Assembly (NCBI RefSeq): GCF_000315625.1 | Contig: NW_005434672.1 | Span: 647,004 to 711,003, forward strand | From: Guillardia theta CCMP2712 | Taxonomy: Eukaryota > Protista > Cryptophyta | Reading direction: 5' to 3' | Length of the DNA stretch: 64,000 nucleotides | Shown: one piece after another, positions 12,040-25,120 of the stretch | Layout of the letters: each line of letters starts with the position of its first letter | Position numbering within the stretch: position 1 is the first letter of the stretch | Position numbers and translations under genes: made by a program | The notes under the pieces: generated by a model | What the model was told of the DNA's origin: nothing | The model's input: the letters and a program-made list of their open reading frames with translations, nothing else | The model's database searches: none

Positions 12040-14243
12040 CGAAATCGACCGTTTGAGTCAGGGCACAGTATCCATTCATGGGCTGTTTTCCGCAAAGTGT
12101 TTGAGTCCGTCCTCCCATATATCGACAGTGATTCCATACCTTTGAAAAGGAGTCAGCTGTCTCGCTAAGTGAAAAAGGTTCTTTGCACTCACGGTACGCG
12201 GACGCTAGTGATTCCCATGCTCGTCAAGTCCCGACACACTCTTGATTCCTTGCCGAAAAAGAGCATCTGATTGTATTCAACCTGCCGGACGTCAGGAGAC
12301 AGCCCAGCAGTTGCAAGCAGACCTTGGTGCGACGTTTCAAATTCTGTATAGATGAAACTGCCATCACCGCCCGCAGAGTCTCGGACAACTAGAACAAGAA
12401 TCAAACTAACCATAACGAGCTTAAGCTGACCTGTCTTGTCTTCTCCAGTCCTGACTGCACGACAACGAAATCTACGATGTCTCTCATTGAAGTTCCTCTG
12501 GTGATCTTGGGACAAAGTCAGCCGTTTTGAGTAGTGCACGATTTTGAAAGGCATGCCTGAATGCTTTCCAAGAACTCTTCAGTCCAGCCGGGTTTTGTAA
12601 TCCGAGAGAGGATTGCCACCTGAGATTGAAATCACAGACATCAAGAGATATGAAGAAACACACGCACATGTAAATTTGATCTATCCAGAGCGGATAAAGT
12701 CTTAAAAACCTACGTGCAGTCAAATGAATGACATGGAAAGCAAAACAAAAACGCACTTCTAGTGCGCCCTTCTGAATGACGATTTCCTTGTCGTTTGTAT
12801 CCCTGATGCGAGCAGGACTACAAGGCCTGAAAGGCGGTCCAGATGTATCTTCAAACGACTCGCAAATAGCTCCATCAAGCTCAAATAGCACAATCCGCGG
12901 CTCGTGGTTAAGAGGACCACCTGACAAGACGTTCACGGTGCTCACGACAAACTGTATGTTAGAACTTACCAGGAACTGTCCGATCGAGGAAACGACTGCT
13001 CAAATCGGTTTTGCTCCTCGGACGGATTCCAATCCTGAAGGTATTCGAGACTGCACAAGGTTGACTTACACGATACTTAAAGTTGTAGGTCTCACCGTCA
13101 CTGCTCGAGACGTTAGTGGTCAAATGAGGCATGTCTGGTGGTTTCTCAAGGTCGATTGCATCTTGCGGCACTTCGTGCGAAAAGTCTTCCTTTTGCGCCA
13201 GATAGTATGATTGGAGCGACGATACCTCCTCTTCAGACAGAAGACCACTTTCTGCGCATTGATTCTGCTTTGACTTCAAACTTTGAAGATATTCGTGTGC
13301 CTTCTGGGCTGCAAAGGCAGCCTCTTCAGCTTCTATAGAGCATCGCAAGTCAGACTTTCCATCAACCATCGCTGATCTGTTCGTTCACCTTTCGCCTTCA
13401 GCCGTGCTAAACGGTTTGCATCGGCAAACAGCTTCTCAGCGCGGGCAATTTTGGCCTCCAAGAGGCGTCGCTGCCCACAAGAAAACTTCAACAAGTGAAG
13501 AAGAGGCCAAGGGAGACAATGTTTCAGGCGAGCTCGCACCTCAGTATCCCCGTCGGCAGGGTCTGTCCTTGCCCGAACTGCAGCCTGTGCAGAGCAGAAT
13601 CAAAACCACAGGTTTGCCTCGAGTTTAGCACCTGATGCGCCCAATGCTCACGCTCGACGATCACACGATAGAGACCTGCTTGCACGCTAAAACCACCATG
13701 CCTTGTTTATCACGTTTACCATGCTCCGTGGTACTGTCATCCATTTGCTCTCCATAGTCTTTAATGTCCTCGTTGTTTGCATATTCCTGTGTGGGTTGCA
13801 CTTAGATTCGATCTTGCTTGTACGGTGATCACCTCTTCGAATTTCCTTGATGAAATGCCATCGTGCTGCTCAGATGAACGTAGTTCAGTCTTCTTGTGAT
13901 CTAGCCTACTTTGTAAACATCTCGATTCAACAATCAGTGGATTCGACCTTGTAATAGCTTCTTGAAGTGAGGAGAAATACGGCTGAAAGAGTCTGATGAA
14001 GGTAGTCAGAAGACGGCTTGTCGACAGCAAGTCTTCACCGGTCCTCTTTCGATCCCAGCGCGCGTCTGATCCATGGGAATGCATTCGTGGGTTACAGGTG
14101 TTGCTACCGTGAGCACGTACAGCGTTCCACCGACTTGGGTTACGGGAGGGATGAATCCACCCAAGACATTCAGCATGCGCTTCCATCTCCCTGCTCACCA
14201 AGAAGATTCCAAAGTACAAGCACGCCAGTCGAGTCATACGCAT
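12040..14243 (-). CDS. Multi-exon protein with a degenerate magnesium-dependent phosphatase-1 (MDP-1, HAD)-like domain and possible N-terminal signal; may extend to about 11200
   Basis: PRIVLFELDG...GPPF...IRD, VAILSRIT, EDKTGQL, YNQMLFFGKE...LTSMGITSVRVP and YGITVDIWEDGLKHFA follow the MDP-1 motif order. Confidence 0.65.
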
Positions 14244-14824
14244 CTCAACCAATGGTTTGCTAGACGAATCCTGGAGCGAAGTTGGATGTAATCTATCTAT
14301 GCTGGTCGCCTCCTGTCATTCGCCACTAGCGGTCTCAGCTCAGCGTCTAGTGCAGTGGAGGAGAGGACGCAGCAAACTCGCCGCATCTCCCGCCTCTGTT
14401 CTCTCCCTCCCCCTCCATGAAATTACAAGCGCGGGAAAAACATTGAACACTCTACCTCGCCCCCATCCCCGCCCAACCCCGCTGACCGCCCGGGATGCTC
14501 AGCCGCCGGCCCAGCTGCCGGGCTGGCTGCCCTGGCATGCCGCTGGCTGCCGGGATGGCACCACTGAGGGATGGCCGGGCACGGGGGCAGCGGGGGGCGG
14601 GATAGCCACTGCTGGGCCACTGCCGCAGGCCGACCCTGAGTCTCGTCGGAGGCACTCACCAGGACCACGACTCGCCGGTGTGACTCCCAGCAGGCCTGAC
14701 ACTGAACTGATCGGAATGGGTGCGGGCAGCGACTTGTGGTGATATGTTACAGCAGATGCCATTTCCCGCATACTCCTGCCATGACCTCCAATTGATGGAG
14801 CTCGCCGATCGCATCTCCGAACGC

Positions 14825-17800
14825 TATGACGCCGCCTGCACGGCATCGTCGTTGTCACAGTCGGAGTTCAGCTGGTACACTTTGACTCACCCTTGATGCT
14901 CGCCAAATCCATGCACGTCACCGCAGAGTGATGGGCCCACCTCCCCACCTGCTCGGGCCCGCCTCAACCTCCAGCTACCGCCAACAAGATCACTCAACCT
15001 CGCTGAAGTCGAAGCTGTCAAGGACGCAGACGGAGCCGTCGAGCCCGCACGTGAGGATGTGGGTCCCGCGAGGGGAGTAGGAGCATGCGGTGACGTCCGA
15101 CGCGTGCTGGCGGCTGATCCTGATGGACCTGATGCCCCGACCGGTCAGCTGGACTCATCCTAGTGACACTTCCGCCTTCACCTCCCTCCCGCCTCCCACA
15201 CCCGGAACGTGCCATCAGTCGAGCCAGCGAGGACCTCGTTCCCTGTAGAGACCATGAGACACTGGAGCATGCTGCTGCTGCTGCTGCTGCTTACCTGTCG
15301 GTGAGAACTTACAACTTCGGAACTCATGGTTGGACCCTGTGAATCGCCGCGCAGGTGCTGATTGCCTCACGTCCCACATCCACACCAAGTTGTCGCCCCC
15401 GGACGATATGAGATACCTCCCGTTGGGACTGAAGTCCAGCGCGAGGGTGGAGGACGAGGCGACGCCCGATGATGAGAAGGCGGTTCGATTGAGACGCCCC
15501 GCCTCACTCCCCACGTTCGCGTCCCACACGCGGACCTGCAACCATGTCAGCACGAGAAGCAGAGCAAGCGAAGGATGGGAGGGATGGGAGGGATGGGAGG
15601 GATGGGAGGGATGGGAGGGATGGGAGGGATGGGAGGGATGGGAGGGATGGGAGGGATGGGAGGGATGGGAGGGATGGGAGGGATGGGAGGGATGGGAGGG
15701 ATGAGAGGGATGGGAGGGATGGGAGGGATGAGAGGGATGGGAGGGATGAGAGGCGGGTTCTCGTACCGTCCCATCGAGCGATGACGAGACGAGCTGAGGC
15801 TGCAGAGGCGAAACAGCGCACGACAGGACCATGGCCTTGTGACCGGTCAGCTTCATCACGAGCTCTGGCGCGCTTGCTCCTGTCCGGAAGAGGGAGCTGA
15901 AATCCCACAAAGAAAGTGCCCCGTCCCCAGCTCCGCTCACCAGGTGGAGCCCCTGCTGCAGGAATCGAGCCACCCCGATCCCTTCACCGCTCGCGGTCCC
16001 GAAGAAGGGGACGGCGAGGGAGGAGCTTCCTCGCAAGCCTGTTAGAATCAACTTGCCGTCGGACCCCCCGGAGATCATGTACCCTCCCCCGTGCGAGATG
16101 TGAAGGGAGGTCACTTGCCCGCGGTGCCGCAGGTTCTTGTCCTCCTTGTCGCCATTCCACGCCATGCAGCTTGCGATTAACCGAGAGATCTCCAGCAGCG
16201 CTCCTCCCCTCCCGCCTCCCTCAAGGGGCCCTTGTCCTCCCGCGACTTGAATCGCATCTGGCAGAATTCCTCGGAGGTCCCAGATGATGAAGAGTCCATC
16301 CGAGCCTCCGGAAAGAAGCGTCTCCTCGCTCTCACTCAGCGCCAGACAGTACACGGCTCCCGGGTGCTGCAGGAGGGTGTAGTGCACTTGAAACTGATCT
16401 GCTGACCAGACAACAACCGAGGCGTCGAAGCTCGACGACACGATGTACAGCCCTGAGGAGGAGAAGAGGCAGGACAGGACTGGGGCTGTGTGTTTCTGCA
16501 GAGAGCCGAGCACCCTCCTCTCCTGCACCTTCCAGACGAGAAGAGAACAATCGTCCGAAGCTGACACAATGCGGTCGCTCAAAGGAGACCAGGCGAGGCA
16601 GTTGACGGAACCTCGATGACCTTGGAGGGCGAAGCTTCGAGGAATCTGCAGAAGAGAGTCCAGTGAGGCAACGGGTGAAGAGGCGGATGGAAGGGAGGAG
16701 AGAGGAGGGGAGATAAAGGAGGGACAGAGGAAGAACCTTGCTGCTGGAAACAGAACTTCTCTGTTGGTCGAGGTCGTCAGGCATGCTCCATACGATGACT
16801 CGTCTGTCGGCTCCGCAGCTCGCAACGAACTTGTTGGCTCGATCCCACCGGCAGCAACGCGACGAGTTGCCGTTACCATGCCCCTCGACGAGGGTGAAGC
16901 GCTCCAGGTTGGTCGCGAGCTCGAAGACATGCCCGTCCCCGTCAGCACAACCTGCTCCTGTTCGTCACTCCCAGCTCGTAAGTGCTCTGCCATACCTGCC
17001 AACACCAACTTCCCGTCCTTGGAGAAGTCGAGCGACGTCACTGCAAACCCCCAGGCATGAGACGAGTCCTCCTCTAGCGCCGGGTTGTTTCGCTTCTGCC
17101 AGGCCCTCAGCGTCTGCTGCCTCTTGTGAAACTCCTCGGCCACTTGATCGTGCGGGGCTTTGACTGTGCAGGAGGAGATCTCGTCTCCGCTGCTCGCCTC
17201 GTACACATGCAGCCCGCCCTGCCTTGACGCCAACGCGAGACGCGACGAGTCGGAGGAGAGAGCAGCAGCGAGGCAGCCGAAGGTGTGACCTCCCCCGTCC
17301 TCGCTCGTCAAGGTCCTCTCGAGGGTACCAAGAATGTTCCATACCTAGAAACGTCAAGCTCAAGCTCAAGCTCGCGCTCCCTCCCTCCTCACCTTGAACT
17401 TGCCGTCGTCTGCTCCGGAGATGATGATGGTGCCGCAGGATGAGATCACAAGATTCCTCACGTTCCCCTTGTGCGAGTAGACGCGACGGCAGGGGATCTC
17501 CCCCCCCCGCCCCCTCCCCTCCCCTCGTTCTCTCATCCAGTTCTGCCCCTCCCAGCCTTGCGATACTCTGCAACACCTTCAGTTCCCCGAAGCTGTCTTA
17601 ACTAACAACCTTTGAAGCGCATGCTGCCCCAGCTGACCTCCAGCGTTGCAGGCAGACTGGAAGAGAAGCGACGGGTGAGAGGTCAGAGTCTCGCTCTGCC
17701 TGCTCAAGAGCAGAAACGTCTGGACGAGAAGCTCCCTTTCCCTGCTGGCGAGAGACCGCGAGGCCTGACGGGACGCGACGGCGAGGAGGAGGAGTCGCTT

Positions 17801-20800
17801 CATGTCGCGAAGAAGGTCTTGAGCTTGGTTCAGGTACAGCCGCTGCTGCAGGTAGCCGAGGTCCACGAGCAAGGAGCTGCAGACCTCGTTGAAACCAGCG
17901 GCCAAGAGATGGTGGGGGAGGTACAGGAAGGCTCTTTCCTGCCTCCAACCCCTCCACGTGCACATCCCCTCCGGGTCCGCCAGGTCTCGGTAGAGTTGCC
18001 CGATGCGATGGTGGAAGGAGAGGGCAATGCCGGAAGGGAAGAAGCGTGAGAGGCAGACGTCGATCACCTGCCGCGAGGAGATTCTCAACAGAGGAACGTG
18101 AAGCTTGCGCGACCCTCCCGGCAGCAGCAGGGGCTCTAGATAGTCGCGCAGTGCCATCCACTTGCCCCAGATCATAAGGGAGGAGGAGGGAGAAGACTGA
18201 GAGGAGGAGGAGGAGGAGGGGGAAGGCGACGAGGCAGCAGCTGCCAGCTGCCAGCTGCTTTCATTGGCAAACGGCGTGTCGCTCAAGAGCTGCCGCAGCT
18301 CCATCACCTGCTGGGGTTCAGCTCATAGGTAGCAGACGCATGTCAACTCACCGTCAAGTTGCCATTGCGAGCGGAGAGGACAAACCCAACAGCCTCCTTG
18401 ACGACCTGCACACCACAGCGCGAGCAAGCTCGGTTGAGCATGAGATGAGCGAGCTGGTCGATGCTGGGAGGGAGCGCGGCGATGACAGCGCCGGCACGAA
18501 ACTTCTCTTCCTTGGCCAGCATGTCAAGCAAGTAGGAGGAGCAGAGACGAAGGTAGTCGGGCGAGACGGAGGCGTGCTTAGAAGCGAGGGACGAGGCCTC
18601 GTCCATGTCCAGCGAGAGGCGGCGGGAGAAGAGCCCCCTCAAGATCGTCTTCCTCTCGATCATCGTCAGGGGAGGCACCAGGAGGGCATCTGAGTCGGAC
18701 ACGAAGCCCTGGCTGAGGAGGAGGTTGTAAGCCTCGCTGCCTGAGCAGCAGGCGACTACGACTTTCATCTTAGGAGGGAGAACACGAGGGAGCCAATCGA
18801 GATCGGCTTCCCCGAGGATCAGATCCATCCCATCGACAACAAGAATCAAGTCCCTCCTCTCTTGCCATTGAATGTACCTCCTCCACTTCTCCAGCTGCTT
18901 GTTGCGACTGCTGTTCCATTGCTCCAGCTCGCTCCGCTCTGAGCTCGCGATTCTGCGCGAGAAGACAGTGGAGGGAGGAGAGACCTGCTTGCCCGTCTCT
19001 GCCGTCAGTCGGTTCACCAGCCAGAAAGGAAACTTAGCGACGGACTCGGAGAGCATAGCGGAGGGATAGATCGCGACAACATCCACCCCCAGCATGTCCG
19101 CGCCCTCCTGCTTCAGCTCGCGAGTTCGTTCTTTCAGACGTGATTCGAGGGCGCAGAGGATGGAAGACTTGCCGCATCCCTTGTCGCCATGCAGCAGAAA
19201 CGAAGTTCGCGCCTTCTCTGCAAGGCAGTAGCTCTCTAGCCTGCTCAGCACCTCCGTCCGACCCACGAGGGAGGCCTTGAGCGAGTCACTGAAGCCCAGC
19301 AGCATGTCAGCAGCGACGGCTACGGGATGAGCAGCATCGCTGTCGGCCTCCCCCTCGCTGTCCAGCAGCTTCAGCATCTCGATGTTTGTCAGCAGGTCGA
19401 GCGTGACTCTGCTCGAGAACTTCTCCAGCCCTGAGAGGAGGATGCGCTTGCTCGAGTCAACGCCCTGGAAGGTGGCAGGGTAGTGCATGAAGACGGAAGA
19501 GGCGCTCCTCGCTATCTCTTCCTTGAGGCTCCGAAGTTTCGCTGCCTCCTCCCGATCCTCTGTGTTATGTCGCTGCCACAGCGAGAGCTTGGGCTTGAGA
19601 GCAGGAGACGGCTTCACGCGCTCCTCTCCTCTCCTGCTCCTGGAGATGGGAGCGGAGGAGGACAAGAGCTTCATGCGGACCAGCAGGTTGGCCGGCGGGT
19701 TGTCAGGAAAGTCCAGGTTGACGTTCTTCCACCTCCCGGGGATCAGCGAGTCCACCCGCACCTCCGCCCTCCCCAGCTGGATGGCGACGAGCTGGGGGTC
19801 GACGGGGTCATCCTCCACCAGCCGATCCTCGAGGAAGGAGCTGAGAACGAGCGGGGCGGGCGGCTCGAGCAGAGCCTTCCTCTCGCGGAGGAAGAGTGCG
19901 ACGGAGACGCTGCTGCTACTCGAGGGCGAGCCCTCCAGCTGAAACTCCTCCTCGAACTTCCAGAGGCCTCCCACGAAACCTCTCTCCAGCTCCCCCTGGT
20001 TGGCAACCACAGTAGACGAGTGCGAGCTGGAGTCCAGTTCGAACCTGACAAAAATGTCGAGGTTCGAAGTCCACTCTCCTGCCTCAACTCTGCCTCCAGC
20101 TATCTCTCTCCCTTCCTCCTCCTCCTCCTCCTCCTTGTTCCCTTCCGCCTCCTCCTCCTCGGGCTGCTCCAGCTTCGGCCACTGCCTTCCATTTCTCTCG
20201 AGAAACTCTTTGGTTGTGCTCACTTGCTGCGAGTCGATAAGTAGCATGTCCAACAGGTCGAGCACAACTGCTGCCGCTTCCTCCTCGACCCTGTGCGACC
20301 TCATCGACCGAACCAGGTTGGCGAACTCTTCACTTGACATGGCAGAGCCGGCGCTGAAGGGAAGGAGACTGAGAGGAGGAGGAGAAGGAGGAGGAGGAGG
20401 AGGAGGCTGAGCTGACGGCTGCGCCTTCTCCTCCAGCAGAGCATGAGCAAGAGGGTCATGCAGAGGCTCACGAGTGATCTCAACTCCCGTCTCTTCCTCC
20501 GTGTTGGAGACCTCTTCAGCTCCGAATTTCGATCCTGAGATGTGTTCTCCCTCATCCTCATCCTCATCCTCATCCTCATCGTCATCGTCATCGTCATCGT
20601 CATCATCCTCATCGTCGTCGTCGTCGTCTTCTTCTTCCTTGTCCTCTGCCTTTGTTTTCTGGCTATCCACAGATTTTCGTTTGCCTTTCATCTTCCTCCT
20701 CAGCGACGCCTGCGCATTCTCTTGTTTCTTTCTGGGCGAGTCTCGCGGGCCTTCGAACAACTTCATCCCGAGTTTTTTCAGGAAGCGAGAGGTGGGAAAC

Positions 20801-23800
20801 AACCCCTTCTTCTTCTTCTTCTTCTTCTTCTCACCTTCACCATCCATTCGCTTTGACTTGCTTACGGGAGCAGGTGCAGACGATTTCTCCCCTTCTTTCT
20901 CCTCCTCCTCCTCTTCCTCCTCCTCTTGCTCCTCCTCGGTAGACTCCGACACCTCAGACGCCTCCTCCTCCCCTAGGATGATGTTGACCAGGTCGCTTCC
21001 CTCTACCAGCTGCACCATCACTGCCTCGCCCTTTGACGTTGGAACCTCCCCGCTAGTCAAACTTCCCACTTTAGCCGCAGCCTCCAGCTCAAGGAGTCGC
21101 TTCTCAAAATCCCTGCGCTCCTCCTCCTTCACCTCCTTGTCGTCCTCCCGGCACAGGCGGACGAACTCAGAGGAGGAGCGCAACACCGCGGGGTCCCGCA
21201 CGTAGAAGCTCGCGTGCCGCCAGCCTCTCCCTCCCTCCCAGTGGAATGCGAAGAGGATCTCCAGGTGCGCGATCGACAAGTTTGCGGGGACCTCCCGCAG
21301 CCATTCCAGCTGGGGGGTCAGCAGGGATTCGTGCAGGCGGTAAGGAGAGGAGGGAACCCAGCCGTAGCGCTCGCCGAGGAGGCCGATGAAGAGAGGCATG
21401 CAGCGAGCGATCTCGGCAAAGAGCTCGCGGAGGAGGGTGAAAGGAAATGGGCCAGGCGTCATGCCGACGCGACAGTCAACGGGGACAAGCGAGACTCTGC
21501 GAGGAAGGAGCAGCTGCTGGAGGAAAGGGAAGGTCTGCTGGGCAAGCAGGTCGAGCTCAGGGAGCATGTCATGCGCGTCGGCAGAGATGTAGACATGGAG
21601 AGACCTGAACGTCTCCTCAAGCTGAACCCCCTGACGACACTCAAGCGGAAACAAGTCAGCTTGAAGATGATTCCGAAAGATGCCGACGGAAAGACCTCTC
21701 CCCATCCTCGTTCTCCTCCTTCCCTTCCTCGCCGCCTGTTTCGTCTTGCTCGCCTTGCCTTTTTCCCTCTCCCCCTGCTCCTCCTCCATCACCTGCTCCT
21801 CTTCCTCCTCCTCCTGCAAGAACGTCTTCTGAAAGAAATCGGCGATTTCGATGTGCTTCAGTCGTTCGCTCTGCGACTGGTTCTTGAGCTTCCAGGCGAA
21901 CTCATGGTCCCATCGCTTCCTCATCAGCATCTCGTTCTGGTGCTCGTGGCTCGACAGTTTGCTCTCCGACATCAACTTCATCTCCTCCGGCTTGTGCAGC
22001 ATGAAGCAACTCGCCTCTGCCTTCTTCACTGTCTGGAACGAGGGCTCGTGAAACAAGAGGCCACATACCGCACACCGCACAGGCGGCTCGACCACGAGGA
22101 ATCTTCTGCCGCATTCCGCGCAGCACCCGCGGTAGTTGAGCTCCTTCTTCCTCCTCGACTCCCTCGCGATGACAAACTCTCGCTGCTTCCTCCTCTCGTC
22201 GTACTTCTCTCTCCGCGCCATCTCCTCCTCCTTCAGCCTGTCGAGGGTCGACTTGGACCCCGTAGCCTCTCGTTGCAACTCCTGGGAGGAGTCAGTGATG
22301 AAGCACTTCAGCTCCACGCCGGACGAGTCGAGCGACAACTTTCGAACTTCCCGCCACCCGCGTCTTCCCTCCTCCTCGGTGTCTCCTCCCGTCAAGACCT
22401 CGTGTGCTCGCACCACGAGAGTTTTTGCCTCCTCCGGGGTCAGCAGAGGGTCGACCAATCGCTTCCCCTCCATGTAAGTGGCGCTGCGTCTCTTGTCAGC
22501 CTCTGCTGCGGCCGCTGCCTTCTTGTCATGGAAGCAGACCTCTACCAGCAGCTCTCCTCGCTTGCTTGGCACCTCCTGCTCGCGATCGAAGCTGTCGAGA
22601 AGAGGAAGAAGGAACTTTGACCGCTGCTGAAGGTTCACGTCGCCGAGGTAGAGCGAGCAGCACCCGACAAAGACATCCGAGTAGCCTGACGAGCAGGAGA
22701 AGAGCTCCAAGTCGACAGGGCCAGGAGGAGGGAAGTTGCATCGGAAGAGGAGCAGGCAGTCGAAGGTCGCGTCTGAGGAGGCTGTGACCACGTTGGTCTT
22801 GTGAGTGGTGGGCCCTAAGGTGGCAGTCACGAACAAGCTGAGAGAGCGGGAAGGAAGCAGCTCTTGTCTCGTCATCTTGGCCTGCACAATCTTGAGCTCC
22901 AGAGTGCCGCTCGGGCTCTCGTTCATGGACTTAGAGAAGATGCCGTAGGAGAGGAGAACCTCTCCCTTCCACTCGGGATGTTGCGGATGAACAAGCTGGT
23001 GCCAGCTCCTCGAGTAAGCCTCCACCCTCACCTGCGCCAGGTCAACCACAAACCCTCCCATGCCGTCGTCCCTCCAGCTCATGTCGTGATCATAGCACTC
23101 GACCACAACCTGCGAGTCAACGTCGTTGGCGGCAGCAGCGAAGACGAGCGTCTGGTTCCACCGCGGCTGCAGGCACTGGTACACCACGCAAGTCTTCTTA
23201 GCCACGTCCCCGTACTTGACAAGCAGGTAAGGGTCGCTGGTGCCGTTCCTGTCCAGGGCCGGCAGCCCTCGAGCTTCGATGGCGCGAATCTGCAGGACAA
23301 GGTCACCGTCAGACAGACGTAAAGCCGAGCGTAACCTCAAGGTAGCTGTCTCCCACTCCCGTTTCCTTCTTCCTCTTCAAGAGCAGCGACACTCGAACGT
23401 GTATACTTGTCTTGTTCCTCTCAGTCTTGTTTTCAAGCTCCACTTCGACAGCTTGCTGCGAGCCGACCTCCAAGTTTTGCATTGAGTAGGAAGCGCTTGC
23501 AATCAGCGTTTCCTGCGCTAGTCTCAAAGGACGATCTCACATCAACGTGAGCACCTGACAGCTGTCGTCCACGTGTCGGAGGGAGAACATAAGAGTCGTG
23601 TCTTTGCTCCACGACATCACGTCGAACTCCAACGTCTGATTCCACACGGGCTGATCGGTCTGGATCTTGAGACGAGTCTTCTTCTCCTTGTCTCCCAACG
23701 CGACCGCCAAGAGAAGGTCTGGCTTTCTTCCCTCGTACGTCCTGAAGGTGACCCCAGCTGCATCCGAGCAGGTCACCAGGAGTTTCTGATCAGCAGAAGA

Positions 23801-24861
23801 AGACTGAGACTTTGGGATCAACGTCATGCGCAACGTCAACCCTGGATGCCCCTCCTCCCTGGGCTCGTCTTCCTCCTCCTGTTTGGCGTTGGGAGGGAAG
23901 ATCCTGTAGGTGTGTCTCGGAAGCTCCGAGGCATAACTAAGGTTCTTCAGGTGAATGTCCCTTGACCCCAAGATCGTTCGGTTCTCGTCGTCATTCAAAC
24001 AGAGCACATGCAGACAGTTGTCAAGCAGGTCATTGCTGTCGATCTCGAGCTCCAAGCTCTGTTGCCATATCGGGAATTGAGTTTTCTGACATGTAGAGTA
24101 TGTCAAACTCTTTCCCATGAACTCAACCTGTCAAATGCTCTCAAACCCTCCCAGCACCTCAGCAGAGTCACCTGCACCAACGGGTCGCACAGGCCGTTGA
24201 CAGTGACTGAGGGCAAGAATTCTCCTGATTCCAGCAAGATCCTCAAGATAGAATCGCAAGCATCGTCTTTGTTCGTTCGCCAAAGCAGGCCTATCCGGAT
24301 CACTCCGCCACCATCAAGCTTGAGCTCACGCATGCACTCATCCAAGTCTAGGTTGAGCTTGTCGCTCTCGCCTCGCTTGCTCTCTTCGTAAGCATCAGGA
24401 TCCCAGCACTCCCCGTGCAGATCGACGGCAGCCTTGCCTAAGAAGACATGCTCTCTATCTTCATTCCAATCAAAGCACTCCAAGATTAAAGTGGTTCCTG
24501 CCACGAAGGAATAGATTCCTTGGCGCTTTCCTCTCCTCGTCATTTGTCCACTTGCTAGTTCTGCTCGCACAGGTAGAAACAGCGACTCGTCCCATCGGGG
24601 AGTCAATGTTTTCTTGCGAACTGACGACTTCCTGATCTCCGCTTGCCCGTCAAGACGCACTAGGACGTATGGATCTGACAGCCCGTTGTCGTCTGCAGAC
24701 GGAAGGGAGCTTCCTTCATAAACTTTGACCTCTAGCCAGCTACCCACATGATCAAGCTTGATCGCACTGCTCTTCAGTCCCAGAGCTCGCAGTATCCCTC
24801 TCCTCGGGAGGTAGTTCGGTACTCTTTCTTTCCGGCCAGAGACAGAGATGGCGCCGCCCAT
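14825..24861 (-). CDS. Giant multi-C2, C1-like, DUF4062, NACHT-type P-loop, WD40 protein (TEP1/NWD-like STAND core); 3' end approximate
   Basis: C2 signatures (ADDNGLSDPYV...WDE...ECFDWN; LDRNGTSDPYL...WNQ...ECYDHD); CAECG...CAVCGLLFH; DUF4062-like LHVYISADAHDM...VDCRVG...FIGLLGERYGWVP; Walker A HGDKGCGKS; Walker B LILVVDGMD; many GH...WD repeats. The ORFs are linked by short introns, e.g. 24128-24171. Confidence 0.8.
15573..15750. repeat. 9-bp tandem repeat (GGATGGGAG)n inside a stop-free 3n intron of the WD40 region (about 15536-15766)
   Basis: Removing the GT...CAG segment restores SSSLDGT|VRVWD. Confidence 0.85.
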
Positions 24862-25120
24862 ATCGATATTATGCTTCTCCTCTCCCTTCTCTCCTTCCTC
24901 TCCCTTCTCTGCCTCCTCTGCCTCCTCTCCCTCCTCTCCCTCTCTTCACTAGCTCACCCGCATTGTTCTGGGCCTGATCGCCTTCATGGGACTGATGTTG
25001 TTTCCATTCTTTATTTGACTGAAAAAGAAGGACAAACCGAAGCAAACAAAGGAGGGGGAGGATAGAGCCAACAAATTTTCCAGTGATTGTCGTTTGACCT
25101 TTTTTTTTGGGGTTCAGAGC

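Noticed and set aside
21214-22620. 468-aa plus-strand ORF and other long antisense ORFs
   Set aside because: Shadow frames of GC-rich coding sequence on the opposite strand, with no recognisable motifs.
23309-24171. Programmed frameshifts between C2 ORFs
   Set aside because: Frame changes are explained by short GT-AG introns, e.g. 24128-24171.
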